From the IMG/VR virus record IMGVR_UViG_3300017912_001273, positions 32,102 to 96,101 of that record: a stretch of 64,000 nt of DNA; one strand, given 5' to 3'. Below, piece by piece: positions 53,501 to 61,360 of this stretch (position 1 is the first letter of the stretch; the number at the start of each line of letters is the position of its first letter). Below the pieces are notes generated by a model. That model saw nothing but the letters and a program-made list of their open reading frames with translations. It was not told the origin of the DNA and made no database searches. Origin of the DNA: a virus (lineage: Duplodnaviria; Caudoviricetes). The translations under genes and the position numbers were made by a program.

Positions 53501-56500
53501 GGATCTATAATATTACCTTGTGGATCTACCATCTCAACATTTTGATTTGGCAGGTATGCAAATATATTTTGATTACTATCTACTTGTGGTATACCATTTC
53601 TTTCAAGAACTAAATTAACTCTTGCTTGAGTATCTGGGTTATTTATTCTAAGACCAATAACATACTTGCTTCTTTTAATCTTTATATAAGGATTAGAAGG
53701 GTTACCAGGTATAGTATAGAAACCACTTTCTGTACCACCTTGTGGATCTAATGTAACAACAAGCTCTAATGCTGCTATCTCAGCAGGAGTTAGCTCAGAG
53801 ATTATAGCGTTGTATCTAGATAATGCACCTTCTCTACTTTCTCCAGTAGTAAAGTTCATATGAGGATATGGTGTAATAGGCTCACTGATGTTCAGTCTAG
53901 ATACATTCTTAGGTAGTACCTCAAACTTAAGTTCCTGTACAGAATAGTTATTTGCAAACTGACCTTCTTGTAACTTGATTACTTTTTTCTCTCTTTCTTT
54001 TACGTTAGCAATGTTGTCTTCTGATGCAACTAAACGTAAGTAACCACCTTGTATTTGCTTTGGTGTGCTTAATACAACAAATTCTTTACCATTCTTGTCA
54101 TATACAAGCATACCTTGATTTAGTACAACATCATCAAACAAAAAGTCTGCTGAGTCCGGTGCTGTCTTTTCTATCTTCTTAAGTGCTGCTACTGCAGAAC
54201 TAGCATTATCAAATGTACCATATTGGGAACTAACTAGGTCTAACAATGCTGATGGTAAATTATTACCTTGGCTATCTACTAATTTGAATAAAGCTACTGC
54301 ATCTCCTGATACAGGATCTATTGTAGTAATCTTAACAACGTTAGCAATTATGCCTTTCTTATAGATAGTTTTATTCTTATCACCTTTTACTATATCACCT
54401 TCTTCTGGTAATATCTCTTCTTGCTCTACAATATCAGAAATTTCTAAACCAGCAGATTTTAAAACACTAGCTATTAAATCACTTTCTCTAGCCTCTCTTG
54501 AATTTAAATATTCCTTAAACCCTTTTTCTGATTTTAAATCTGCTTCTGATACTTCTATAAATACTGCATTACCTTTTGCATCAGTAGTATAGTATCCTTG
54601 TGCCCATACTTTCTTTATAGCATTAAATGTATTTTGTAATGTAAGGCCTTCTTCTGTATTTCTCCACTCTTCAAATGGTAATACCTTTTCTCCAATTACA
54701 GCCTGTGTAGATGCATACCTTTTATATCTTCTCTCTAATAACTCATTAAGCATAGGAGTATTATTACTTTCAGGTAATATTACATCAACTTCATTTTCTT
54801 CTAAGATTTGGTCTTGGGTATTTTTTGTTTCTTGTGCATCAACCTGAGCTTGTTTCTCACTAGTTTCTGTTGCTTCTGTTGTATCAACTTCAGTAGCCTT
54901 TCTATATGTATCAAGTTTTCTTTGAATTTGCTCATACTTTGCTTTATCAACTCTCTTATCAACTAAACCTTGCTCTGTATAAAAACTCTTTAGATAGTTT
55001 GCATTACCACTCATCAAGAAATTCTTGACTTCTGTAGGATCTCCATAGACACCAAGCTCAGCCAATTCATTTACTAATTGATTTGCCTCAACAATTTCTA
55101 TATACTTTTCAATATTTTGTTTGTGTCTTTTTTGAAGATTTTTATATATTTCTTTGTTGATTTCTAATTGTCTATCAACAATCTCATTAAATCTTTCTGG
55201 GTTTTGTAAATACTCAATAGCTTTATCATAAACCTTAGCTCTATCTTTTAATGCATGATAATCTACCACTTCTTTTAGTGCCTCATCTATCTTTGTATTA
55301 TCTACAAAAGATCCAGCAGAAGATGCCATATATCTTACATAGTTATAAAACTCTTTTCTAAGGCTCCTTATCTTTCTTCTATCAAAAGCACCACTCTTTG
55401 TTAAGTTCTTAGGATCTGTAAGAATAGCTTTGATAGCTGTAAGTCTTTTTAACTTTTCTTCTTTTTTCTTTTTATCCTTTCTAGTTGTAGCATTATCACC
55501 TTCATTGATTATAATCTCAGTAGCAAGTAACCTTAACTCATTATCTATAGCATCTAGATCTAACAACACTGTCATATCACTAGCCGCCATGTTCTCAAAT
55601 AGTGGATCATTTGCAAGATTCTGAAATATAGAATTAGATCTTTCTAATGCACGTGTAAATCCATCTTGAGTGAACATATAAAGATATCTAGCATGTTCAT
55701 ATGCTGATTCTTTAAGTGCTTCTTGTATATACTCTCTTGTACCTTTTTTATATTGAGTTCTATCAAAAGGGTTTTGGAATCTATTCTTAGCTTCATTATA
55801 TTGATCCTCAACCTTATCTATGTTGTTGATCATATCCTGAATCCTACTTCTAATTTTACCCTGTTTAATATCTGTTTTAGATGATGGGAATGCTTCTGCT
55901 AATTCTTCATCAGTCATAGTTAAGTAGTCTTGTAACTGACCTCTGAATATATTAGATGTACCCATTTGGAATATAGTATACATCTGCTGAAACTTAGCAA
56001 AGTCTTTTTGATCTATAAAACCAAACTTATCTTGATCAAATACATTGCTCTTCATAGCATCTGCTACTTGCTTTTGAACCATAAAGTTTAACTTATTAGG
56101 ATCAAACATAGCTGTTGGATCATCTACTTGACTATTCCATGCATTGTTATGTGTTTCTACAAGACTCTTAATTAACTCTTCTTTGTTCTTTTTATATTCT
56201 GCAAAAGCATCTTTTTGTTTTTGCGTACCAACATTTATACCTAAAGGGTTAAGACCATAATCATAGATTGCTGGAACCCCCTGAAAAAATAATTTTTGTG
56301 GTCCTTGTACAATACCACCCATCAAGAATCCAGACATAAATACACTAAAGCCTTCTCCACTAAGCTGATCACCCATACCAGATAGGATCATATCATTTTG
56401 CAAATCAATACCACCAGCCATTGGGTCTTCAAGTACGGTTGTAAAGTAACCTCTTGTTGCTGATGACACAGCTTCTTGTGATACTTCTTGTATACCCTCA

Positions 56501-58047
56501 GCAACATTAGCAGCAAAATACCTTAAAGTTGCAGCAGCAGCCATACCAGCATTACCTTTTATACCACCTGCTCTAACTTTCTTTAACCAGCCTTTAAATC
56601 CTGCTCCTGCATCACTAAATACATTTTTATTTAATTTACCTGCAGCATCTCTTGTTGCTTTTGTTTTTATAATTCTACCAGCAAAGCCTTTTCTAAAGCT
56701 ATCATTAAATACTCTACCTAGTGATCTATTAAAACCTCCTAATGCATTTCCTAGTACAAACCAATTACTAGCATAAATAATGGGTGCATTAGCTAATGAT
56801 GTATAGTATGCACCTTTAGCAGCTTTACTTTGTATAGTAGCCATTTCATCAGGAGTAACTGTACCACCTGATTTGTTTTGCATTATATCAACCCCTTCTC
56901 TTACAATTTCATTGTAAACCATACCACCTTCTAGCTTACTTTCAGCTATAGCAAGATTTACAGCTCTTAGATCTCTATAAAAACCACCAAAACCGGCTCT
57001 CATTTTAGCTAAGTTGACAGCATTTTGAGATGCATTCTTTGCTGTCTTTAAATTTTTAATTGCATAAATTGTGTTTGGAGTAAACATTTGTCCTAATACT
57101 TTACCACCTGTGCTTGCAGCAGACCAGAAATCTTTAGCTGCATCTACATTTCTTAGTGTATTTAGGAACTCTCTACTCTTAGAAAAGAATTTAGGTACTT
57201 GTAAACCAAGCTTACCAAGTCTTAAAACATTATAACCAGTTCTTGCTGCTGCAGCTGGTGCCGCACCACCACCAGTTAGCACTGTTGCACCAGCTAATGC
57301 AAGTTCTTCTACAGCAATAGAACCAATAATACCAAATGTATAACCACTATTTAGTAATAAGTTATTAGTCCAAGCCAATGCACCACCTCTACTTGAGTTA
57401 CCTATTGCCATAGCATCCTCAAACTCTGTGGCTGTATTTAAATCAGGTGCAGTAAAATATGCATCATCATCAAATAAATCACCTATAGATCTATATACAC
57501 TGGTAAATCCTGAGCCAACAAGACTACCAAATTGACCACGCATTCTAGCCATGTCATCCCATACTGTAGAGTTAGCATTATAATACTCTTCTATGTTAGA
57601 GTATGGTCTGTAACCCAACTCTTCAAACTCTGGATGCTCAAAGTATCTAAGAAAGTTATTAGCTCTAATACCAGAGAATGTAGGTGCAACTACATCTGCT
57701 GCAGGACCATCTGATCTTGCTTGTAATATGTTTCTAACGTTGCTATATGTATTCTGTGGAGGATTCTGTTGAAGTACAGGATCAAATGTATCAGTAGCTA
57801 AGGTAGGACGTGCTACACCAAGATTAGCCATAGCATCAATACCATATCTATCTATATCAACTTTATGTTGATCTATTAAAGCAATCTCATCAGGATTAGT
57901 TGCTATAGCTGTAGCTAAATCTGTCTCAGGTGTTTCAAACATACTCTCAATTGGAACAAAATTAAATTGTTCTTGAGGAATTACGCTAGCCTGTCTCTCA
58001 CTACTTTTGATAGTAGTATCCAAAGATGTGTTATTGTTATCTTCCAT
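44572..58047 (-). CDS. Giant virion polyprotein containing a crAss-like virion RNA polymerase and a zincin protease domain
   Basis: 4491 aa; GVRIPSQ and ISGADFDIDK (DFDID at 47350-47364) as in phi14:2 gp66-type RNAP; HEAFH at 51739-51753; Gly/Ala hydrophobic N-terminal segments. Confidence 0.85.
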   Translation of the reverse strand: MEDNNNTSLDTTIKSSERQASVIPQEQFNFVPIESMFETPETDLATAIATNPDEIALIDQHKVDIDRYGIDAMANLGVARPTLATDTFDPVLQQNPPQNTYSNVRNILQARSDGPAADVVAPTFSGIRANNFLRYFEHPEFEELGYRPYSNIEEYYNANSTVWDDMARMRGQFGSLVGSGFTSVYRSIGDLFDDDAYFTAPDLNTATEFEDAMAIGNSSRGGALAWTNNLLLNSGYTFGIIGSIAVEELALAGATVLTGGGAAPAAAARTGYNVLRLGKLGLQVPKFFSKSREFLNTLRNVDAAKDFWSAASTGGKVLGQMFTPNTIYAIKNLKTAKNASQNAVNLAKMRAGFGGFYRDLRAVNLAIAESKLEGGMVYNEIVREGVDIMQNKSGGTVTPDEMATIQSKAAKGAYYTSLANAPIIYASNWFVLGNALGGFNRSLGRVFNDSFRKGFAGRIIKTKATRDAAGKLNKNVFSDAGAGFKGWLKKVRAGGIKGNAGMAAAATLRYFAANVAEGIQEVSQEAVSSATRGYFTTVLEDPMAGGIDLQNDMILSGMGDQLSGEGFSVFMSGFLMGGIVQGPQKLFFQGVPAIYDYGLNPLGINVGTQKQKDAFAEYKKNKEELIKSLVETHNNAWNSQVDDPTAMFDPNKLNFMVQKQVADAMKSNVFDQDKFGFIDQKDFAKFQQMYTIFQMGTSNIFRGQLQDYLTMTDEELAEAFPSSKTDIKQGKIRSRIQDMINNIDKVEDQYNEAKNRFQNPFDRTQYKKGTREYIQEALKESAYEHARYLYMFTQDGFTRALERSNSIFQNLANDPLFENMAASDMTVLLDLDAIDNELRLLATEIIINEGDNATTRKDKKKKEEKLKRLTAIKAILTDPKNLTKSGAFDRRKIRSLRKEFYNYVRYMASSAGSFVDNTKIDEALKEVVDYHALKDRAKVYDKAIEYLQNPERFNEIVDRQLEINKEIYKNLQKRHKQNIEKYIEIVEANQLVNELAELGVYGDPTEVKNFLMSGNANYLKSFYTEQGLVDKRVDKAKYEQIQRKLDTYRKATEVDTTEATETSEKQAQVDAQETKNTQDQILEENEVDVILPESNNTPMLNELLERRYKRYASTQAVIGEKVLPFEEWRNTEEGLTLQNTFNAIKKVWAQGYYTTDAKGNAVFIEVSEADLKSEKGFKEYLNSREARESDLIASVLKSAGLEISDIVEQEEILPEEGDIVKGDKNKTIYKKGIIANVVKITTIDPVSGDAVALFKLVDSQGNNLPSALLDLVSSQYGTFDNASSAVAALKKIEKTAPDSADFLFDDVVLNQGMLVYDKNGKEFVVLSTPKQIQGGYLRLVASEDNIANVKEREKKVIKLQEGQFANNYSVQELKFEVLPKNVSRLNISEPITPYPHMNFTTGESREGALSRYNAIISELTPAEIAALELVVTLDPQGGTESGFYTIPGNPSNPYIKIKRSKYVIGLRINNPDTQARVNLVLERNGIPQVDSNQNIFAYLPNQNVEMVDPQGNIIDPRNMSRDQANNTIFVSNTLSQQMSKPDILKLAQNNFALNALLVSTLDSLGITSETTAVLSANDLPFSMSIIIEGGVMDYDNSSTRSLRDLNYQSADNQGNFLVYDLKLGKDGKRTEQSITNLEGSEARALRDQVEAGLKAQGLWNQMIEGTDRYVAAVLLPNGTYGLVNLKAEQFSAEDLTGLATDLVERAQLTQKENLDDKGKEKDLAYNSEYNAQLGENLFISTIPGYTVQLQVNPFGKIQMQLFNKTSQQQVGKTVELSKDKINDTSLSVSDKMQTLIDSFNEEADIKASGVSISGKNFRNSFPDGTTVEEIISKTTTNVTPQVIKQQKLRLTADSAAIQASRDVDANTDRKVEPIARPEPTVTIAEEAEESILDLSEEEFNDYAADDFVNMPSEFMEHIVNKKLRGEELNDREKQVERIKLSEITLAVAKRGGEGSVTIETETETVEKKDSLSQVIRQLDELKAQLLEGVDGRSRNKVLRENKEYQDLLKIRKALEKEANKVLPAELSNENIEDINAFTVWASDNLPDYIDIQDIATLGDNLKAGGVRVGAFVLGLNNIAGNVKVSGTIYTGARSPFKYHEAFHGVFRMLLSDQDIAKYRSIARKEVRAKLRAEGKSFEKELERFRNSADTYTNMSRKELENEYYEEYMADEFEKFKTNPKSTKTDASVKSLFTRILDWIRSVFSSYNKNELQTLFEKIDSGKFKGASIASNEFTAPLVEGISVEANALIPYASERSGDKVGYIYLDSDIADPMIRSIAAMFLNRTAAIEGAYNPQAVLNELMDDFAWLYSPDNPTNQNKDELQKKRLSEIELAFDDYSEEILEETVKLLNIISDQDVDQEFTVDEFQDDTGLRTTSQYDKDASLIGGFRSLSSKLRAYIATTTVASTDYFGNEELVDGEKLIVAVNFVDAYNGLLKSVKSIEDPLKILQSMYFFGQDNPQAGAVVNRILQDVGISEEELLSGASLPVELKNAPLLQSILKGFENFRVDYIFNERDLQGNIRIYSASERDDINSQLDRWSQAFISKRKQLVSNPKRKRSTKNLLEDISSDLQVSEKAITNIRMENDSKKYSELLFDLVGIKLSPMYLQFSMVANRPSNKLTVKQKALVNLYAQETPLSVDDVNQLNLLLQQDQNIFATDDSGMSSRLKVMSINNAPFDETIGASVFKNPNGDLVYAHQLPTYHLKKVASLNNQVELEKIKDSDPYMDNNYLLNNSAFNKMSEENRLKVTRVAGSKVGQSLQSESDINDNISGVTSTSTYGDFTPQEFALSIINNYTALFNTKSNRVQTVESLDEEGKAIVTALAPVLIRVMEASNTGDMINLPVIKAVELVNGKAVLTEEAVDVYVNQIRTEFSRINRESNEATLTGEEILGYNSIDGRAYKLHNTRLLLSNETKTKLEGIAVSQGKDGNPITLDESLKFAGITMTQLRKEVVDNLEIQFNEFQELITELKIKDQISKNITDGLVVAQGVSRKNTIASAKALNLNFDETHNLKQIFFNDWINSNAINEILLGDQAVSLKDSVDQVKRAKMQNASYYSAYSAITAPELGVTHPVEDISLVTLEEPKSGNIDVADAQMYITTKAFRYMFFGFGKLSPAQAKLITDVENGIPISSDRIFGTAESPEGLAKMQAMLNSKKLVYGDGSTFLKMSAFVLTPDYTSNWDGSKWVAKPNRVALHNLRVKLEAIEDTKDTISIAAPLSAIKMKKQRINSLDDLKTDSPFSNGHTTLDARFMGLQVLNPSNKLEIVDPTQIKEIATSEQKDDVFVDGLNMTVGEIRQAYNDAVSRRVVLKYKNKRNLIFSLNTALDEFRVSKQEGAITPNLSAFLNYAVAGLKASQASSNLLEFFSTTDGVQNYNLNNPITIKKFEQLFFSYFSRGVLSERTPGVSLTLVSDFGNSVYRRVFEIDEKGVPVRSEVIRQDVWERMANKPELSNIEDLTNNNIPKEGVIVLDRLRSGLIEYDAQGKPTGQRYTEMMMPAHQKEVMDLIQDTDAPIPDVVAKMFGVRIPSQDNHSTVNMKMVDFLPVYFGSSAMFAEELIEISGADFDIDKVFAQIKEFYVKDDQFIEYGKGKNVSEKYSEYVQYVNNKVEQKGTQYSEALGIYNNREGAARIQNSVDDVEQDIATDAGLSENALNALKILGLPITQKQYGEYVAKHGEPYEAPMNNDVLDYRYALMGNRGVTEGSNPISYQPATTDVLTDTLDFLASQSEVFAERVQEDNVDVDNLSGKIKAFRANKGASIGAIVLPNLYLSLLTEYNIKLNESISINGKSYNDFGRTLDDNGQRKQDTLSALITMATDNAKDRLVAKLGLNRHAMGVVANLTALGVPIQTSILLINHPVIQDLYSEALNKKDKLDPGMDTLVRNKLAEIKKEVKAEPVNDRFLLDVIDNPQDESAGELKGVLSLFSQVLTIKNYTDKMGAVTSLSKGLGKNMVAIREKSTNIKSLFAQDVPMDLSPIYKGKTWQNQYLKIFYQITDDLLPATFLTASATFNDILSSVLDNMDTRRISFNEEVIESISTDLLSYLTIKAYQQNQLENDQQRVATLSNDILYPTDYESINDIINRLKGTEEGANNFFLDNFIISLRANEVDNQTGLNLANANTFRNLSAAQKVDLQSDFAKLFGSVKTKNDAMSIVNYIMVKDGLQVKYASLLEAISPFVIGNYLDQINSVEKALRGEASFESVFGMSQEELQQEFENGYLLSNVSGAKLYTFVRNEVTGSLPQGVSIKDDVVTVAWERMGIENSPKYLRVGVTNILSGVTNYKTYGRIQESNNYEVVETMGSNQQTAIGFMFGDRPTYKSVRDYVKKKNQDTSVKDITDSIAIDETKGIQEQVLKNDNSNIEATESSVEVQLDPEAEAVNLANTAALLEQLGMDTEAQDRGEAEANVIDDVDQSLPEVSQVEEQLMLDFETEIDEQYPEIADFWDANIQGNKDAMRLLRAQKILSLEDFIGKYEEGVYDDTEQYLDFIKSCILK

Positions 58048-61000
58048 TATCTCTCTCCGTATTGCTCTGTATCTTTTTTCTTGGCAAGTCTATTTGAATT
58101 ACGTATGCCTTCAAAATAAGATTGTAGTTCTTTTACTTGTCTATCTACACCAGGTAAACCTAATGAAAAATCTACAGGTGCAGTTGCTGTTTCGGGTACA
58201 TATATTCCTGTTGTGCCTTGTGCAGCATTAGGATTATATGGTACATATCTATTTACAGTATAGTTTATTTTATAATCTCCAGTTCCAGCTTTAATGACTC
58301 TGTATTCTGCAGTATTAACTAAACCATCAGGTATAGTATAATCTGCAAATCCATTTTCACTTGCAAGTATATCAGACTCTACAAAAGAGTAATAAGAGTT
58401 GTTTGTTCCTTTAGTATTATTATCAAGCCTTTGCTCAAATACTATAGAAATTCCAGCTGATGTTTCTGATTCATCATCTAGTCCTTGTAGCTGTCTAATT
58501 TCTACAGCAGTAAATGCTCCAAGTGGGGCATCTTCTGTTCCTGCTTTTTTAGAAGCCAACCACTCAGGACTAAATATAATCTGATATCCGGCTGTTGTTT
58601 TTACAGCCTCTCCTGCTGGGCCGTATACTGGTTTATATTTTAATGTAGCTATTGGTGCTATTTTATCTGTACGGCTTTGTTTAGGATCATTTAAGTATGT
58701 TGCTAAATCTTCTTTATAAAGATCTAGTGCTCTTACAGCTAAAGGATTCTTTGTAAGTAAATCTTCTACATCTACATTATCTAAATCACCTGGTAATATA
58801 CCATAAACTTGTCCCTTTTTATCAAATGTATTTAGTTGATTAAATAAATTAACCATTTCAGCACGTGCATTTGGATCAAGACCAGCTAATGGATTTATAG
58901 GATATGTATATGTAGGCATGCTAATTGCATCTGATGGATTCTGATCAGCACCATATCTTAAAGAATTGTATGTTGCAGTAGGTATATCACCCTTAGCACC
59001 TGTTCTAGCTTGATTAAGCATATTATACATTTGATCATATATAGCATTAACATCATTTGCTACTGCTTCTCTGTCAATTTCCATTACTGGATTACCTTTA
59101 CTATCATATTTATAGTTTCTCTCTGCACCAAATTCATAATACTGAGTAGTATAAGCATGAACCTTATAGTCTTTAGCTCCTGTACCACTATCATACCCAT
59201 ATAAGTCTGGGTTTTCAATAGTTCCATTTTCAACACCTTGTATAACTAAATTAGTATATTCTTCTTTGCTTAATACACTACCATTTGCATCTACAATTCT
59301 TGGAAACCCTGCTTGAGTAAGTATATTAATATTGTTTTTTCCTTTACTTTCACCTAATGCTTCAGATTCCATTAAGTCATATGCCTGTAATGTCAGATCA
59401 TTTATTTTTTTTGTATGTACTGCTAAAGTATTTCTTTGTGTCTCAATACCATTTAGACCAAAAAATGCGTTATATAAATCATCATATTGTGTTCTTTGAT
59501 CCTCACTAAGAGTTACATTAGGATCATTCATGGTAACTTGTTTAGCATCTTTTACTCTATCAGCTTGTATATCATATACTTGATCTACAATATCTCTATT
59601 TATATAACTAATAACAGAGCCATCCTCTTCATTTGTATTAGCTTGAGTAAGTAAATTTCTAAGCGTTTCTATATTACCTTCTAATGGTACACCACCAACC
59701 ATAAGAACATTACCATCACTACCTTTAAGTTGGTATGTTTGATCTTGTGCTGGTGTATTACCTTTTGGATCTAAAATTTGTAATGACTCTAGTATACCAT
59801 TAACTTGATTAGTATGTATTTTATTATCTTCATTTTGAAATTGTTGCTGATTTAATAATACTATATCTGTATTAGGACTGATTTCTCCATCATCATCAAC
59901 AGCAACTACTGTAGAAGAACCATCTCCAACTTCTACTCCAGGCTTAGTTAATAAACTAGCAAGAGGGTCATTCTGGATAAGCTCACCTTTTGCTGCAGCT
60001 AATTCAAGTCTATTTCTTTGTTTTTCTGCTTCAAGGATTCTTGCATTATTTAATGCATTTGCAGATCTTGCTCTTTCTAATGCTAAATCATATTTAAATT
60101 CTTTTTCTGCCAAGGCAAATCTATTCTCTCTAATAGTATACTCTTGATCTCTTGCAGCAAAGTCAGTAGCAGCTTTCTGCATATCATCCATAATGTTGTA
60201 GTTCATTAGTAGATTATATGCTTTATTAAGACTACCCTGTACACTTTTGCTTGGTGTTCTAGCTTCTTGATTCATATTAAGCATATCATCAAGTGCTTGC
60301 TGTGTTTGTTCTGCAACAGATAGTTGTTCTTCTATTGCTTCTGCTTCATCAGAACCAGGTACTATTCCATTATTAGCTTGATAGTTTGACCAACGTACAT
60401 TTGCATCATCAAGTTTTTTTACTTCTTTTATAGTTTCTTGAGTTCTCTGCTCATTAAGTGCATTAATTCTTGATATTGTTTCATCAGCCCAAGCCTGTTG
60501 ACCTTGCTCAACACTATTAAACTGACCAGCATTCATACCTGCTGCTGCAAAATCCCTGCTCTTTACAAAGGCATCTGCATAGTATGCTCTTTGTACTCTT
60601 GGATCATCTAATAATCTATTCTTGATAATATTTAATGCTGCTCCAGTAACAAGTCTTCCGTTTTGTTCTGTAATAATAAAGTCTGTTTGTACATTACCAT
60701 CTTCATCAGTAGCAAAACGGTCCATCTTCATTTTCAGTGGAGGATCCATTTCAGATAAAATCTGTTGAGCTAGTTCATTTAAGTCTGCGTCTTCAATATA
60801 CTTTGGTAGTGGTGCAGATAATGCTGCTGACTCACTTCCATTTATAAAGTCATCCATCTCATACTGCATCTTTCTAATACCAGTCTCCCAGTATTTTTCT
60901 CTTTGCACTTGATCAGGATTATCTAATAATCTATTAGCATATGCCATCTCATCTCTATACTGCTTAGTATAAACAATATCTTTTACAGTAAGATCATCAT

Positions 61001-61301
61001 CATAAAAAGGGGCAAATACAGACTTTGCTTGATCTACATTTTGTTGCAATGATAAATCTAATCCTGAAATCTGTTGAATTTGGGGTGCAATAGTTTCTGC
61101 ATACTGATCTCTTCTATCTTTTGTATCTTGTCTAGATAGATCAGCATACACAACCTTATTATAAAGGTCATTAGTTGCCTGGAAATTAGCATCATATTTA
61201 TCTGTTCTAGTATCTAAAACAGCAGACAGAAATTTAAAATCCGGTGTAAACGGAGTAATCTCTGGTAAATATGTATCTGCTCCTTTAATATATGTTGCCA
61301 T
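58047..61301 (-). CDS. Large putative virion cargo protein
   Basis: 1084 aa, helical/coiled coil; TAATG-coupled to the vRNAP gene. Confidence 0.65.
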   Translation of the reverse strand: MATYIKGADTYLPEITPFTPDFKFLSAVLDTRTDKYDANFQATNDLYNKVVYADLSRQDTKDRRDQYAETIAPQIQQISGLDLSLQQNVDQAKSVFAPFYDDDLTVKDIVYTKQYRDEMAYANRLLDNPDQVQREKYWETGIRKMQYEMDDFINGSESAALSAPLPKYIEDADLNELAQQILSEMDPPLKMKMDRFATDEDGNVQTDFIITEQNGRLVTGAALNIIKNRLLDDPRVQRAYYADAFVKSRDFAAAGMNAGQFNSVEQGQQAWADETISRINALNEQRTQETIKEVKKLDDANVRWSNYQANNGIVPGSDEAEAIEEQLSVAEQTQQALDDMLNMNQEARTPSKSVQGSLNKAYNLLMNYNIMDDMQKAATDFAARDQEYTIRENRFALAEKEFKYDLALERARSANALNNARILEAEKQRNRLELAAAKGELIQNDPLASLLTKPGVEVGDGSSTVVAVDDDGEISPNTDIVLLNQQQFQNEDNKIHTNQVNGILESLQILDPKGNTPAQDQTYQLKGSDGNVLMVGGVPLEGNIETLRNLLTQANTNEEDGSVISYINRDIVDQVYDIQADRVKDAKQVTMNDPNVTLSEDQRTQYDDLYNAFFGLNGIETQRNTLAVHTKKINDLTLQAYDLMESEALGESKGKNNINILTQAGFPRIVDANGSVLSKEEYTNLVIQGVENGTIENPDLYGYDSGTGAKDYKVHAYTTQYYEFGAERNYKYDSKGNPVMEIDREAVANDVNAIYDQMYNMLNQARTGAKGDIPTATYNSLRYGADQNPSDAISMPTYTYPINPLAGLDPNARAEMVNLFNQLNTFDKKGQVYGILPGDLDNVDVEDLLTKNPLAVRALDLYKEDLATYLNDPKQSRTDKIAPIATLKYKPVYGPAGEAVKTTAGYQIIFSPEWLASKKAGTEDAPLGAFTAVEIRQLQGLDDESETSAGISIVFEQRLDNNTKGTNNSYYSFVESDILASENGFADYTIPDGLVNTAEYRVIKAGTGDYKINYTVNRYVPYNPNAAQGTTGIYVPETATAPVDFSLGLPGVDRQVKELQSYFEGIRNSNRLAKKKDTEQYGER

Positions 61302-61360
61302 AGTTCAAAATTAGTTTTATTTTTTAAGTTTACAAAAGATTGAAAATAAACTCTTTAAGT

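Noticed and set aside
20298-58047. Introns or inteins in polB, nrdA, nrdB or the vRNAP gene
   Set aside because: ORFs are continuous, motif spacing is compact, and no intein or homing endonuclease motifs were seen.
27665-59204. Short opposite-strand or alternate-frame ORFs inside structural, RNR and cargo genes (e.g. 27665, 28430, 30233, 33022, 36990, 41211, 47088, 52517, 58399)
   Set aside because: Antisense or out-of-frame shadows of long genes; no independent evidence.
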